Source: Octopus sinensis
Taxonomy: Eukaryota
Assembly (NCBI RefSeq): GCF_006345805.1
Contig: NC_042997.1
Span: 27,404,001 to 27,468,000 of the forward strand
Length of the DNA stretch: 64,000 nt
Reading direction: 5' to 3'
A model generated the notes under the pieces. That model made no database searches and had not been told where the DNA came from. It saw only the letters and a program-made list of their open reading frames with translations. Both the position numbers and the translations under genes were made by a program. Within the stretch, counting starts at the first letter, position 1, and each line of letters opens with the position of its first letter. Positions 26,530 to 39,164 of the stretch are shown piece by piece.

Positions 26530-26981
26530 AAACGTAATGTTTTGTAATTTCCTGTACATATGAATCAATGATAATCACAAACACCGCTCCCATGCAACGT
26601 GGATTAATACAAAATCAATTAAATATATGTCCTGTTCCTTTTAACCCATTTTCCAAGAATTATGTCGGTCAAAAACGTTCAATATAATCGATTACCGCCG
26701 GATTTACAAACTTAACGGAAAAATGCATTTCCGAAATTTTGTTACTTCCTTCTACTTGTGTTGAAAAACAATAACTTGCTTTATCCGTGGTAGTTCCGTT
26801 ATGTCTAAGCAAAGTCAAGACATCCAATATTATTAAGACCGCAAATCACATCTAGAGGACAACATAATTAGTCTCTATTTGAAAATAATGCTATACTGCT
26901 CTTGACTCTCTTGTTACTAACAAGTAATCCGTATTCATTTCGAAGAAATCGAGCATTACAATCAAGGTACCTGCTGTAAGT
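26530..26981 (+). pseudogene. IL-17-like pseudogene B: promoter and exon 1 with ATG>ATC (ATC AAG GTA CCT GCT|gtaagt, 26961-26975)
   Basis: Aligns to gene C exon 1 (gagcattacaATGAAGATACCTACAgtaagt) with the start codon mutated. The TATA segment present in gene A is missing (ttccgttatgtcta^agcaaa). Confidence 0.8.
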
Positions 26982-27021
26982 AAACACATTTTAATAATAT
27001 TATTACACTCGCAGCAACTAT

Positions 27022-27270
27022 AGATGGGCTGGACACGTCGCCCGCCTCACCGATAATCGGTGGACGCACGCAGTTGTTAAGTGGTACCCGCGTGAGCGGA
27101 AAAGACCACCCGGAAGACCTCTACGACGGTGGAGTGACGATTTCAAGAGGACGATTGGGATCACGTGGATGAGAAAGGCGCGATCCAGAGAGGAGTGGAC
27201 AGCGTGCTGTGACCAGCGGTATCAAATGGACGCCTGACGGACTGGTCGGTCAAAGTGATCAAAATGATAA
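27022..27270 (+). mobile_element. RTE-clade LINE 3' fragment
   Basis: Uninterrupted frame 27022-27237: RWAGHVARLTDNRWTHAVVKWYPRERKRPPGRPLRRWSDD...*, the typical RTE C-terminus. Confidence 0.88.
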
Positions 27271-27497
27271 CTCCATTTAGAATCACTACACTTGATCATT
27301 ATAGTTAATACTGTTGCACATTTACTCTCTTGCAGATTATTATTCGAAGTTTACGTGGGTTTAGTGTTCAAAGAAATTCTGCTAGCTTTCATATAGTCTT
27401 TTCTTTCATCACAGTTCTAATTTATCCATAATTACATTTACGTTAAAGACAATGTAACGAATCTTGTTAACGATTTGTAATACGCTGTATATATATA

Positions 27498-27530
<33 letters not shown>

Positions 27531-27649
27531 CACCACAGGAAAATGGTTTTCAGTGGCTGTACAAAATCCAGACACTGTCATATTGAGCTGTCTTCTAAAG
27601 CAAAATTCTCACATATATAAATATGTATGAGTGTGTGTGTGTGTGATCT

Positions 27650-28190
27650 TAACCACCAGTTTGGCCTTGTTTGGTGTCTTTCTGACCGCGATCCGTCATA
27701 ATTCATGGATTTACAGTCGAGGCAATTAAGAGGCCAGAAATTGAGGCTAGTGATGTAGAAATTCTCTGATGACCACTTTTAACGCATTTCGGAAGTATGG
27801 CAAAAAGCTGATTCATGCTGTCACACGTATGGCCTTCCAGCAGCAACGCTCTGCAACCAGGGAAAAGTCACTGATCTCGAAAAGGAATAATCAGTGTCCA
27901 GGGGTTTCACATAGCCATCTGAATTGACCTTAATGACCCGTTCAAAATGTGGGCACGAATTTCGGTGAGTATACGCAGAAAGAACGCGTGCTGTGTCCCT
28001 TCCTTGTGGTCACTGCTTCGAAATCTTCGTAGAATTTGTCCTTGTTACGGCTTGCAACCTTCACATAATTCACAGAACACTGAGCTGCTATCATGATGTC
28101 ATCCAGCGAGAACCATCATGATACCGGTAACGTTTTTCGAATATTCAGATGGCTTCCAGTTTTCCATGTCAGCTACAATTTTTTCAACTG
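27650..28190 (-). mobile_element. maT-like (DD37D-type) Tc1/mariner transposase fragment
   Basis: NSDGYVK, PWLQSVAAGRPYV*QHESAFCHTS, NFWPLNCLDCKSMNY (degenerate WPPNSPDCNPMDY). Confidence 0.75.
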
Positions 28191-28257
28191 CAATTCATTG
28201 CATATATACATATGTATATACATATGTATATACATATATATATATATATCTATATAT

Positions 28258-28388
<131 letters not shown>

Positions 28389-28454
28389 CATAGATACATA
28401 TAGATAGAAAGATAGATAGTTAAACAGACAGACAGATGGATAGATAGATAGATA

Positions 28455-28507
<53 letters not shown>

Positions 28508-29618
28508 CAGACATATCGTCGACTGTATTGTTTACATTCTTATGATTAATATACATTAGCTGAATGCTTGGAGACGCTACGTTAAATGAATTTTTGAAAA
28601 CAAATATAGTGAATATAAAATCCACTCATCTGACCGGCGACATAGTCGAAAATAATTTCAACCTTAATGTATAAATACAAATTTGACAATAATTTATTAT
28701 CTTTATCAGTAAAATTGCGGAGAACAATAGCGAAGCTGATATCTTTGAACAACAATGCAGCAGAAAATTTTGGTTAGAGAGACGTCAAACATTTCGAGAA
28801 TTTAGTGGTTAGCGGCCTAGTTTCGCTTTCAGATTTCAGAAATGCCTTGATTTGGAAAACGTAATTCAAATACGATTGGCGATTCTTCATAGGGATAGAC
28901 TATCCAGTTAAGCAAACGCTAATTCACAGAATGCTTATACAGATTTATGTATAAATGAATTAGTAAATCAGAATAGTTTAATTGCATAACTTGAGTAGGA
29001 TATTACACAAAGTTGTACACTATATCTAACACACTGAAACTTCCTCATAAGGAGAAATACTTGTCGAACTATAATTTTCTCTTTATAAAATCACATATAT
29101 GTCTATTCTTGTCTCGCACCTCTTACCTTGTTCTTCTTACCTTCATTTAGTTCATTTAAAAGGAATTATATATGAATCAAATTCGATGTTTATGAAATCT
29201 GAATATTCATATTTTCAATGTCATTGGTGTCCCAATGCATTAATCGTAAGGAGTGGGTTAATAGATTCATCCAGTAGATATAGTAATTTTAAGGATGGTA
29301 ATGCGAGAAAAAAGTAGGATGATTCTGGGGATGATTGTTCAGATTGTTTCAATTTTTTGACTTTCTGTAATTATTAATGAAGAAAATTTATTTGTTATTA
29401 ATAAAGTTGTAATATATATAACTAATGTTAGGATGATAGTTAGAATAAATATAGAGTGATCATGGAAAAAAATAAGCTGTTCTATAAGGGGTGAATTTGC
29501 ATTTTGAAATACTAATTGTCCTCATTGGGTCATATTATTTTAAATTAAATAAATAGGGCTCCAGTTTCTATTTGATTATGAAAATCAACTGTTCTCTCTC
29601 TCTGTCTCTCGCTTTCCT

Positions 29619-29657
<39 letters not shown>

Positions 29658-29665
29658 ATATATAT

Positions 29666-29700
<35 letters not shown>

Positions 29701-30572
29701 TCACACATTCATTCTTTCTTTTCCAACTAACCTGCCACACATGTCTATAGCAACTTGGCGCCCTTATATTCTACATTTCACCTCAATTTTTACTATCAAA
29801 AACGAATATCCATTTACATATCACCCCACACTTATCTTCTCTCTACCTTTTCTGTACCCATCCCTTAATACAGCTCTATCACACCACCCCTACTCACATA
29901 TCTCACAATCTTTTACTCCCTACTATCTCACTTCTTCTTCTCCCTCTCCCCCTCACCTCTCCCTTCCTTCTATCACTTTATTCTGGCCACTATCTAACAC
30001 ACCCTCTCTCATTACGTTCCATGGCCTGGGCCGCAATGGTTCATAATGCCGTTAGGACCAGAGAAGAAGCCGGCACAACCCGCCCTGGGTGAACGCCGTC
30101 ACTAGTACAAGTAAGTAAACCTTCTCTCATTTTGTTCCCTCTCTCTTCATTTCTTTTTTGTTTTCTCCCTCCCTTTTGCTCCTCTTTTTCCTTCCATTTT
30201 CTCCTCCTATTTTTGATTTGACCTATCTCATTTTTCTAATCATACACATCTCTCCTCCCTCTATCTATCCATTAACACTACCAGGACATTTAAATTCACA
30301 CCAAAGAAACTCCTCGATCGACCAACACTGTTTACATTCCAAACACGGGCTCTCTGCTTGGAATGACAAATATAACTCCCATCGGAACTCACACCAGGTA
30401 CAAGAAAATTTCTTGAGAAAAACTTTTTCACCACTTGTATACACCATTCTATTTGCATAATGGAGCTGCAAATACAATATCCTTATGTATCACTTCTATA
30501 TTCATTCCCTTACTTCCCTTTGTATTTCATACTTTCTCTACAATAATTAATATTCAAACATTTTCTCGCACC

Positions 30573-30935
30573 GTCTCGGATAAAGGGATATACAAAATAT
30601 ACCAGAAACAGCTGTAAGACCTTTTCTTGATAAATGTTATGAAATCAATTTTCCGACTTTTTTTTTTTATAGCTCAGTCTGTCTCTCTCCTTGTTTTTTT
30701 CTATGTCCCTCTCTGTAGAAGAGCGTAGGCTCGAAACGTAAAAGACTTTTTCTATTCCTGAGCGTTATACTCATACACCTGTTTGTTTTGTAGACCACCT
30801 GTCTTCGTCTTTTGTTTTTTCGTAAACTCTCCCTCCGCGTGTGTACCGTTGGCGATTTTATTCCTCCGTGTTCCCTTCTCTGGATCTTTCCTTTTCCTAT
30901 GTTTCTGACGAAGAGCTCCGCTCGAAACGTAAAAC
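30573..30935 (+). ncRNA. Three hammerhead-like motifs in a Penelope pLTR-like repeat (30573-30620, 30713-30746, 30901-30935)
   Basis: The third motif has an intact core: GTTT CTGACGA a GAGC tcc GCTC GAAA C GTA AAAC. The first two have core substitutions but keep GAAA and a palindromic helix III. Confidence 0.7.
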
Positions 30936-31042
30936 CCTCCTTCTTCCCTTCCTTCCTGAGCGTCCAATAATACTATATTTGTTCCACGTTCTTGCGTTGT
31001 TGTGTTTTCTCTTCATGTTTCCATGTTTGGATTAATTAAACG

Positions 31043-31107
<65 letters not shown>

Positions 31108-31787
31108 TACAGTGTACATTTAAACACATAAGAGATAACCATCATAGGATACCTAACACGCTAGAAGGAGTAGCTAAAATCCAGAATTAGGGAGAATTTC
31201 GAAGGGAATGAAAAGTAAAACCATTTACCATATTTCTCCTGGACCATGACTAATTTTTTACTTGCTAGGCCACTGGTAGTAAAAATGGCTAAACTTTTTC
31301 CTACCCGGATATTTATCAATTATATATGTGTCTATGTGTGTGTGTGTGTGTGTGTGTATATGTATATATATATAATAAAATACAAAATGGGACAAGAACG
31401 CAAAACATCTGGACAACTAGATGATACAAAAAGGGATGATACAAAACATCCAGATAGACGATACAAAAAAACACGGAAGAGTCATTCGAAGCCTTTAATC
31501 TTCAGTCAAGAACCGGATCATCCTCGCAATTTCGGCTGATTAATCTTGAGATTGCTCCAATCTGGCCAGCCTCAAGGAAAACTAAGCTAAGAGCATTAGA
31601 TTCCTTGGAAAAAAGCATCGAATGTGTACGAAACAAGGACGGTAAAACAGACGATGTTACACGAATATAAAAACAAAAATACAATAAAAAACAATAATAA
31701 TAATAATAAACATACACACAAACATACATATATGTAATTATACATATATATATATATACATATATATATATGTGTATATATATATAT

Positions 31788-31835
<48 letters not shown>

Positions 31836-34012
31836 TATGTATATATATGTGTGTGTGTTTGTGTGTCTTTGTGTGTGTGTGTGTGAATAATTAAATTACT
31901 ACTGTTTTATTATGACTCATATTATATTTTTTAAATAATGATGAATAATATTTGACGGTGAGTTTGAGATGAGTTTTGGGCTTCATCTGTTGGAATCTTT
32001 AGGAAGGGTTTAATGGTCGGAAATAGTCGGCTGTGAATGAATTTGACGTCAGTTGGTAGTTTGTTGTAGATTGGAATTTGTTAGTGATGGTAATTATTTA
32101 TAATGATATTGATAATGTTCATTTTTATGTTAATCATTATAATATTAATGATAATAATATTTATAATCGCGTATAGCTTGCTATAGGATCCGGGTAGTGT
32201 TGATGAACAAGTAATACTTAATATACTATTTTTACTATTACTACTTTTATTAACTATATTTCATTCATGAAGTTTAGATAATTCCCGTATTTCATTAATA
32301 ATTTCCTTTAACCTTTTTCATTAATACTTATGTTCTATTTTTCCATGCAACGTCTCCACGGGTTTTATTTCTTATAGACGCTTAGTATTATTCTTTACAT
32401 TTATAATCTAGTGATTTTCTCTAATTAACTTAGCAACGTTATTTTCTCCTTTACTTTGCATTTGTATTTTTTTTTGGAGGTTTAGTGTTTAGCTGGGATT
32501 ATTTTTGTTATTGATAGGTGTCTGTTATTTTTATTTGCGTGTCTTTATATTAGTTTCTCCATTAGTTGTGTTTTTCTCAAATCTTATTTTTTCATGAGGC
32601 TTTAAGTTTTTTCGTCTTTTCGGATTTTTCATTCATAATAATTTCCCCACGTTCATTGAGTATTTATTGTATTCCACGAGATAAATTTTATAAATGTTTT
32701 TTTCATATTTTTCGTTTTTAAAATTTCCGCCACGTTCATTAAGGATTTATTCTATTTCTTTGAACTATGTATCTACACGATAATTTTAGAAACGCCTTAA
32801 AAATATATATCTCTTTTAAAAATCAGTTACTCTTCATTCTTCGCTAAAGCTAAGTCTGATTTTATCTTTTCTCTTCATTTGAATATTGAACCGTTGTGTG
32901 TTTGAAATTATTATTATTACTCTTTACTCTTTAACTTGTTTCAGTCATGTGACTGGGGCCATGCTGGAGCACCGACTTTAGCCGAGCAAATCGACCCCGG
33001 GACTTATTCTTTGTAAGCCCAGTACTTATTCTATCAGTCTCTTTTGCCGAACCGCTAAATGACGGGGACATAAACACACCAGCATCGGTTGTCAAGCACA
33101 GACACACAAACACACACACATACATATCTATATTATATACATATATACATATATACGACAGGCTTCTTTCAGTTTCCGTCTACCAAATCCACTCACAAGG
33201 CATTGGTCGGCCCGGGGCTATAGCAGAAGACACTTGCCCAAGGTGCCACGCAGTGGGACTGAACCCGGAACCATGTGGTTGTTTAGCAAGCTACTTACCA
33301 CACAGCCACTCCTACGCCTATTGTTGATATTATTATTGTTTGATGTAATATTTTTATTTATTTATAGTTTCTTGATAGTATGTTTTACGTCCGATGTTTA
33401 ATTGTTATAAAAGATTTTACGTTTTACATATTATTTAATTTGAGAATTTATGATTCTTAGACTTTATTTCTTATTAAAATTAGATAATATTTTCATTAAA
33501 TAGTATTATTTTTAAATTAACTAGTTTTTATTTCAATATAATATTTATGTTTAACTTTTTATCGTGTGATATATTAAATCTATAGATTTTATACATGGAT
33601 ATTAATATAAGCAGTTTATATAATGGATTTGAGTGTATTTGTACTATTTCAAATTTTTGATTGTATTTTCATGAATGGAATCGATTGAGTTGATTAATAA
33701 GACGCTTATAATTTTAAAATCTACATAGATTAATCAGAATCGTTGAACTTAGATCGTTTTTATTATTGTTAATGTTATTGACTAGTTTGGCAGAGGACTG
33801 GTGATTGTGATTGTACATCTTCATAGTGTATTCTTCTTTGGTTCTAATATTTTAGCAGCTTCCGTTAATTTGGGGTTGATAGGTTTCTTACTTTCCATTA
33901 ACGTATTATTCTCGCTATATATATATATATATGATATATATATGTAAAAAATGTAATATATAAATAAATATCTATAAATATGAACCATCCGATCATCTGA
34001 TTACCTCATTTC

Positions 34013-34053
<41 letters not shown>

Positions 34054-34085
34054 ATATATATAATATATTATATATATATATTATA

Positions 34086-34143
<58 letters not shown>

Positions 34144-34446
34144 CATATTATATTATTTATTGATATATAGGTGGATCATGTATTTGTAATACTAAATTGA
34201 AGTTATTTAGGTATTATATTATTTGATATTTAGTCAATTTTGTTATAGATTGTTATATTAAATCTATAGATACTACACATGTATATTTATTATATGGTTA
34301 GCTTATGTAAGGAGTTTGTCAATATTTGAATCATTTCTTATTTTGATTAAAATTAAATGACTTGTAATAGCGTTGTGTATCTTATTTAATTTGAAAGTAT
34401 TTAATCATTGAAGTATTATTTTATTTTTCACTTATGTATAATTAGA

Positions 34447-34493
<47 letters not shown>

Positions 34494-34874
34494 GTATATT
34501 TACTATTTAATCATTTTATTGTTCTATTTTATTTTTAACCTGATGGGTGACTATATTTATATGCAAGTGATTTATCTACTACTATACCCGTTTCATAAAT
34601 ATAGCAGCGAAACACGTGTCGTTTTTCTACCTATTATATACATTATATTATTTTTGCAATTTACTTAATCTTTACTTTTTAATTGTTATTTTAAAGTTTT
34701 TAACTTTTCAATTATATGTAATTGTCTTGAATTGATTAAAGGTGGGTTTTTTTTCTAATATTTTATATATATATTATATTGTGTGGAATTTGATTTAATA
34801 TTTCTAAATTGAATTCTTTTTCCTTGTAAGTTTGGATTTTATTCCCTCAAATAATAAATATATATATATATATA

Positions 34875-36154
34875 TCAGGTTATCCCCAGAAGTCCTGTCC
34901 GATTTAACCTTGTTTTTAATTGAATGGAATTTAAAAGAATTTTAGAATATCTAATGGAATTAAAAAATATTTTTATGCATTTGTGTACATTTAAACTAAT
35001 TAAATATTATTTTACAGAATAATAGAATTAAAATTTCTTTGATTAAAACCCTTTCTAACATGGAAGTATCCAAAGAGCATTTGAGGCACATAATGCTCTA
35101 TGAGTACAAGAAAGGAAACACTGCAGCCGAAGCGACTCGAAACATACACTCAGTTTATGGGAAAGAATGATTGAATGAAAGAACTTGGAAAAGATGGTTT
35201 GAAAAATTCAGAAGTGGAGAGTTCAGCCTTGAGGATGAAGCTCGAACAGGACGTCCAGTTGAGTTTGATGATAAGCTCCTTGAGGCATTACTTGAAGAAG
35301 ATCCTGCATTATCAGTTGATGAATTGGCAATAAAGCTTAGTTCAAACCATAAAACTGTTCATCGACCTCTAACAACTTAGAAGTGTCCCGAAACTTGGAA
35401 AATGGATGCCTCATGAATTAACCGAAAGCAACCGCAAATATTGAGTTGACTTCTGCTATTCTCTCCATTCTCCCAAACTCATTTCACCCTTTTTCGATAG
35501 AATTGCTACTGCTAACGAAAAATGGATCTTCTATCGAAATGTTAAACGTCGTAAACAGTGGCTTGGTAAAAGGGAAAAAGCTCAACCACAACCGAGAAGG
35601 GAACTTCCTGGGAAATAATTTCTTCTCTCTATCTGGTGGTTTTGAAAAGGGGTAATTCACTTGGAATTGTTACCACCTAATGGAACAATCAATGCTCAAG
35701 TCTACTGTCAGCGATTGGAGCGTTTGAACCAAGCTTTGAAAAAAAAAGACCTGCTCTTTTTAATCGAAAAGAAATGATATTTCATGAGGAAAATGCACGA
35801 CCCCACACTGCAAAGATCGCATCACAGAAGATCGAAAGGCTTGGTTGGGAAAAAATTCTTCATTCACCATATTCGCCGGACCTTACTCCTTCAGACTACC
35901 ATTTGCTTCGTAGTTGTTTCGTAGTTGGGATCATAACTTTCGCAAGCCAGGAGGAGGTCAAATCTAACATTTCAGATTTCTTCGCTTTGAAACCAAAAGA
36001 GTCTTACATTGATGGAATTAAAAAGCTTATAAATAGACGCAAGGAAGTCATAGATAATCAGGGAAAGTACATTGATGATTAAATTTCAATTAAATACATT
36101 TGATCACTTGTTTTCTTTATTCAAAATTCGGCCAGAACTTATGGGATGACCTGA
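34875..36154 (+). mobile_element. Full-length mariner transposon, defective (copy 1, in pseudogene B intron)
   Basis: TA-flanked TIRs tcaggttatcccc...gggatgacctga, 1280 bp. Transposase 35060-36082 (MEVSKEHLRH, WMPHELT, ENARPH, YSPDLTPSD) with stops and frameshifts. Confidence 0.95.
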
Positions 36155-36180
36155 TATATATATATGTATGTATATGTATG

Positions 36181-36231
<51 letters not shown>

Positions 36232-36690
36232 ATATAATATATATATGTGTGTGTATATATATATATATATACATACATACATACATATATATCTTTACTT
36301 TCTTTGTTTACTAATTTCAGCTCGCAAGCTGCGTTGATGCTTGGGCACTGCCGTTCGTATATATACTTCCGTTCCGTTTCTCTCACTTTCTTTCTCACTT
36401 GACTGAAACACTTCAACACTTTAGATCGACCATTGTTGAGACACTTATTAGTTGAGACAAACTGTAAGACAAGTAACTTTATTTCGTATTTCCTCATAGT
36501 TTGTTTATATTTCCGTTTTTAGATATAATTCCAGTATTTCTTGAATGATACTCCTTCAACTTTCTGGAGTAAAATTTCGTAAGGTAGATCATCATAAATG
36601 TGCATCTAAAGTAAATTTATTTTTTGATTAAGACGATAAATGTGTCTCATATCGAAAGTACCATTGACAAATATAATTTCTTTCAGGCAG

Positions 36691-36985
36691 GTTCTCTCCC
36701 AGATAGTAATATTTCTCTTCAACATCATTTTGCTCGTAACATCGGTGACAATTCCAGCCCAAAGTAAAATACAATCCGATTTGAATGTCCGATACGAAAG
36801 TCATTCTCATCCAGCCATTGGCAACTACTTATTTCTTTCTGCTGAAATGGGACCCGCCGGGAGATACCAGGCAGTACCGCCCGATGGTGATAAATCCTGC
36901 TCAACATCCTTATATGCTGATATCATCCGTGAACGTTGAATCTGCCCTAGGTACCTAAATTTAATTCATGATTCAACAGTCTTCT
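36691..36985 (+). pseudogene. IL-17-like pseudogene B, truncated exon 2
   Basis: cag|GTT CTC TCC CAG acceptor; VLSQIVIFLFN...GDKSCSTSLYADIIRER then TGA (36937-39) where paralogues have TCA (RST). Homology continues ICPRYLNLIHDSTVFS and then switches to a Penelope-like fragment. Confidence 0.88.
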
Positions 36986-36989
36986 CTCA

Positions 36990-37330
36990 GTTTCACAATT
37001 AAAACTAGTTTCACTTGTGCCTCTGAGAACCTAATTTATGTAATAACCTGCTCGGGTTGTGGACACAACTATATTGGACAACCGAGTATGACCTTGAGAA
37101 AGAGAACCACTTTACATAAAGAGCAAATCCGTTTCCCGTAATACAGACAAATTCCTCTCAGTGTACAAATAGAAACATCATACTAAATTTCACAGTCTTC
37201 CCTTTCTACCAGTGCAAAGACACAATCTCTCAACTAGAACGTTTAAATAAAGAATGTTTTTTCATTGAAAAATACAAAACACGTATCAATATGCACCCAT
37301 AACCAACTTTTATCTTTTTACATATTTCAA
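36990..37330 (+). mobile_element. Penelope-like GIY-YIG endonuclease fragment abutting truncated IL-17 exon 2
   Basis: FTCASENLIYVITCSGCGHNYIGQ is homologous to FTCASENLIYDVRCSGCHQNYIGS at 56.7 kb. Confidence 0.85.
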
Positions 37331-37803
37331 TTCACGATTACATCACTGTACATAAATCCTCTCACTAAACAAGGTTTTTGAAACTTGTCTCAGTCTGTAC
37401 ACATATATATTCCCCTCCCATTACCGAAAGCTGAACAGTTATTTCCCTTACCCACAACAATAACAATAATAACGACAACCAATTACTTCCCTTTTTTATC
37501 TACTTGTGAAGTCATTCACTCGAGAATTTCATCACACACAACATGGACAAAATTTCTTCTTAAGAAAAAGTATATATTCAAATAAGTAAAACATAATATC
37601 ATGAATAGTGATAGCGAAACCGGCCGATATATTAAAAATTATATTGTAACTATTTAAGTGTGTCTATTTTCCTTTTTTAATTTCTTATATATATATATAT
37701 ATATACACACACAACATATTGAAGTCTGCGAACATCATGAGTTTTATCCTGAGAGTACTTGTTGAGATATACATATATAGACTCACTCTTGTATACACAC
37801 ACA

Positions 37804-37834
<31 letters not shown>

Positions 37835-38924
37835 AACATATACGTATATACATATATATATATATACATACATACATATATATACATATACATATATATA
37901 TATATACATACGTTGATGCAATTCTGGCTATTTTCTCTTGAAGTACATCTGCTTATTCCAACTTCTCAGTCAATATGTAACCATAGTTGGTGCCGTATGT
38001 GGGTCAAAATACATATTAGAAATGAGAATCATGGAAAAACTACACAAGGAAGAAAACTCTTGGCAATATCTACTAAATATTTTCAAATGAGAGAGTCGGT
38101 GTGTGATATTTAAGAAAGCTTTCATTTATTCGGTATAACAAAATATCACACCTTTTCTGCTGAAGAATTTTCTATGGAAGAAAAATCTTCATACATTGAA
38201 AGTAAATGTTTATTTACGTTTATCATATGTTATCCAAATAATAGAATATCTCTCGACTTCAAAGTTTAACAATCAACTCAACAGACTACTCCTTGAAGCA
38301 GCGTTACAGAGCATCCTCCAGACGTGTCTCTAACGAAACCTTCGTGAAGAATCAGCATAAAACAGAGTGTGGCAAAGCTGTAGATTTTACTTGCAAAAAA
38401 ATTTAACCTATCAGTTACCTCAGACGTTCCTCTTTATCTAATATCTATCACAATATCTATGATGACCATAGGCAATAGCAAGGAACAAGATGTTACCAGA
38501 CAATCATACAAAAGACCTTATAACTGAGGAGAAAATTTTAACACTCCAGACAAGCTAGTTAATAAATTAAAAAGAAAAAAATAACCTAATATTTTTATAC
38601 TACTTATCTTTGAAATTATACTACTTATTATACTACTTTTATACTACTTATCTTTAAAATTTGAAAAATGTTTGATTAATATACAAATAGACAAAATTTT
38701 GATAATAACGATAAGAAAGGAATGTATTATAGTACCATCCTGTTCCTGCGTATCAATGATTATCACAAACACCGCAAACAAATAATAGATTAATATAGTG
38801 TAAAAAAATAAAATTATGGAATGTACACCCTGTCAACTCCTAACTAAGGAATTATATCGATCTCAAACATTCTTAACATTTTGAATGATAGATTAGAGCT
38901 CGACTCATAACCGTGAGGTAAAGT

Positions 38925-39018
38925 GCATTTTCGTATGTTTATCAGTCTTTTACTCTGTTGAAAAACAATAACGTACTTTACCCATGGTAATTCCACTGTG
39001 TCTACGCCTTATATGTAA
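38925..39018 (+). promoter_or_regulatory. Gene C proximal promoter: GCATTTTCG (38925-38933), kappaB-like GGTAATTCC (38986-38994), TATA-like TTATATGTAA (39009-39018)
   Basis: Positional homology to the gene A, B and D promoters. Confidence 0.6.
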
Positions 39019-39149
39019 GAAAACTCAATACAGACAATAGATTTAAGAACGCGTATCACATCGAGAACAGAATATAATCAGGCTCTATTTGAAAATTACA
39101 CCATACTGCTGTCGTTTCCATATTCATTTCGAAGTAATCGAGCATTACA

Positions 39150-39164
39150 ATGAAGATACCTACA
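39150..39164 (+). CDS. IL17: IL-17-like gene C, exon 1 coding part (MKIPT)
   Basis: ATG AAG ATA CCT ACA|gtaagt. Phase-0 join to cag|GTT at 50785 (intron 11620 nt). No nearer plus-strand exon 2 was seen. Confidence 0.75.

Noticed and set aside
31900-33900. AT-rich tract that might be a decayed Penelope-like ORF on the minus strand
   Set aside because: No motif recognisable with confidence by eye.
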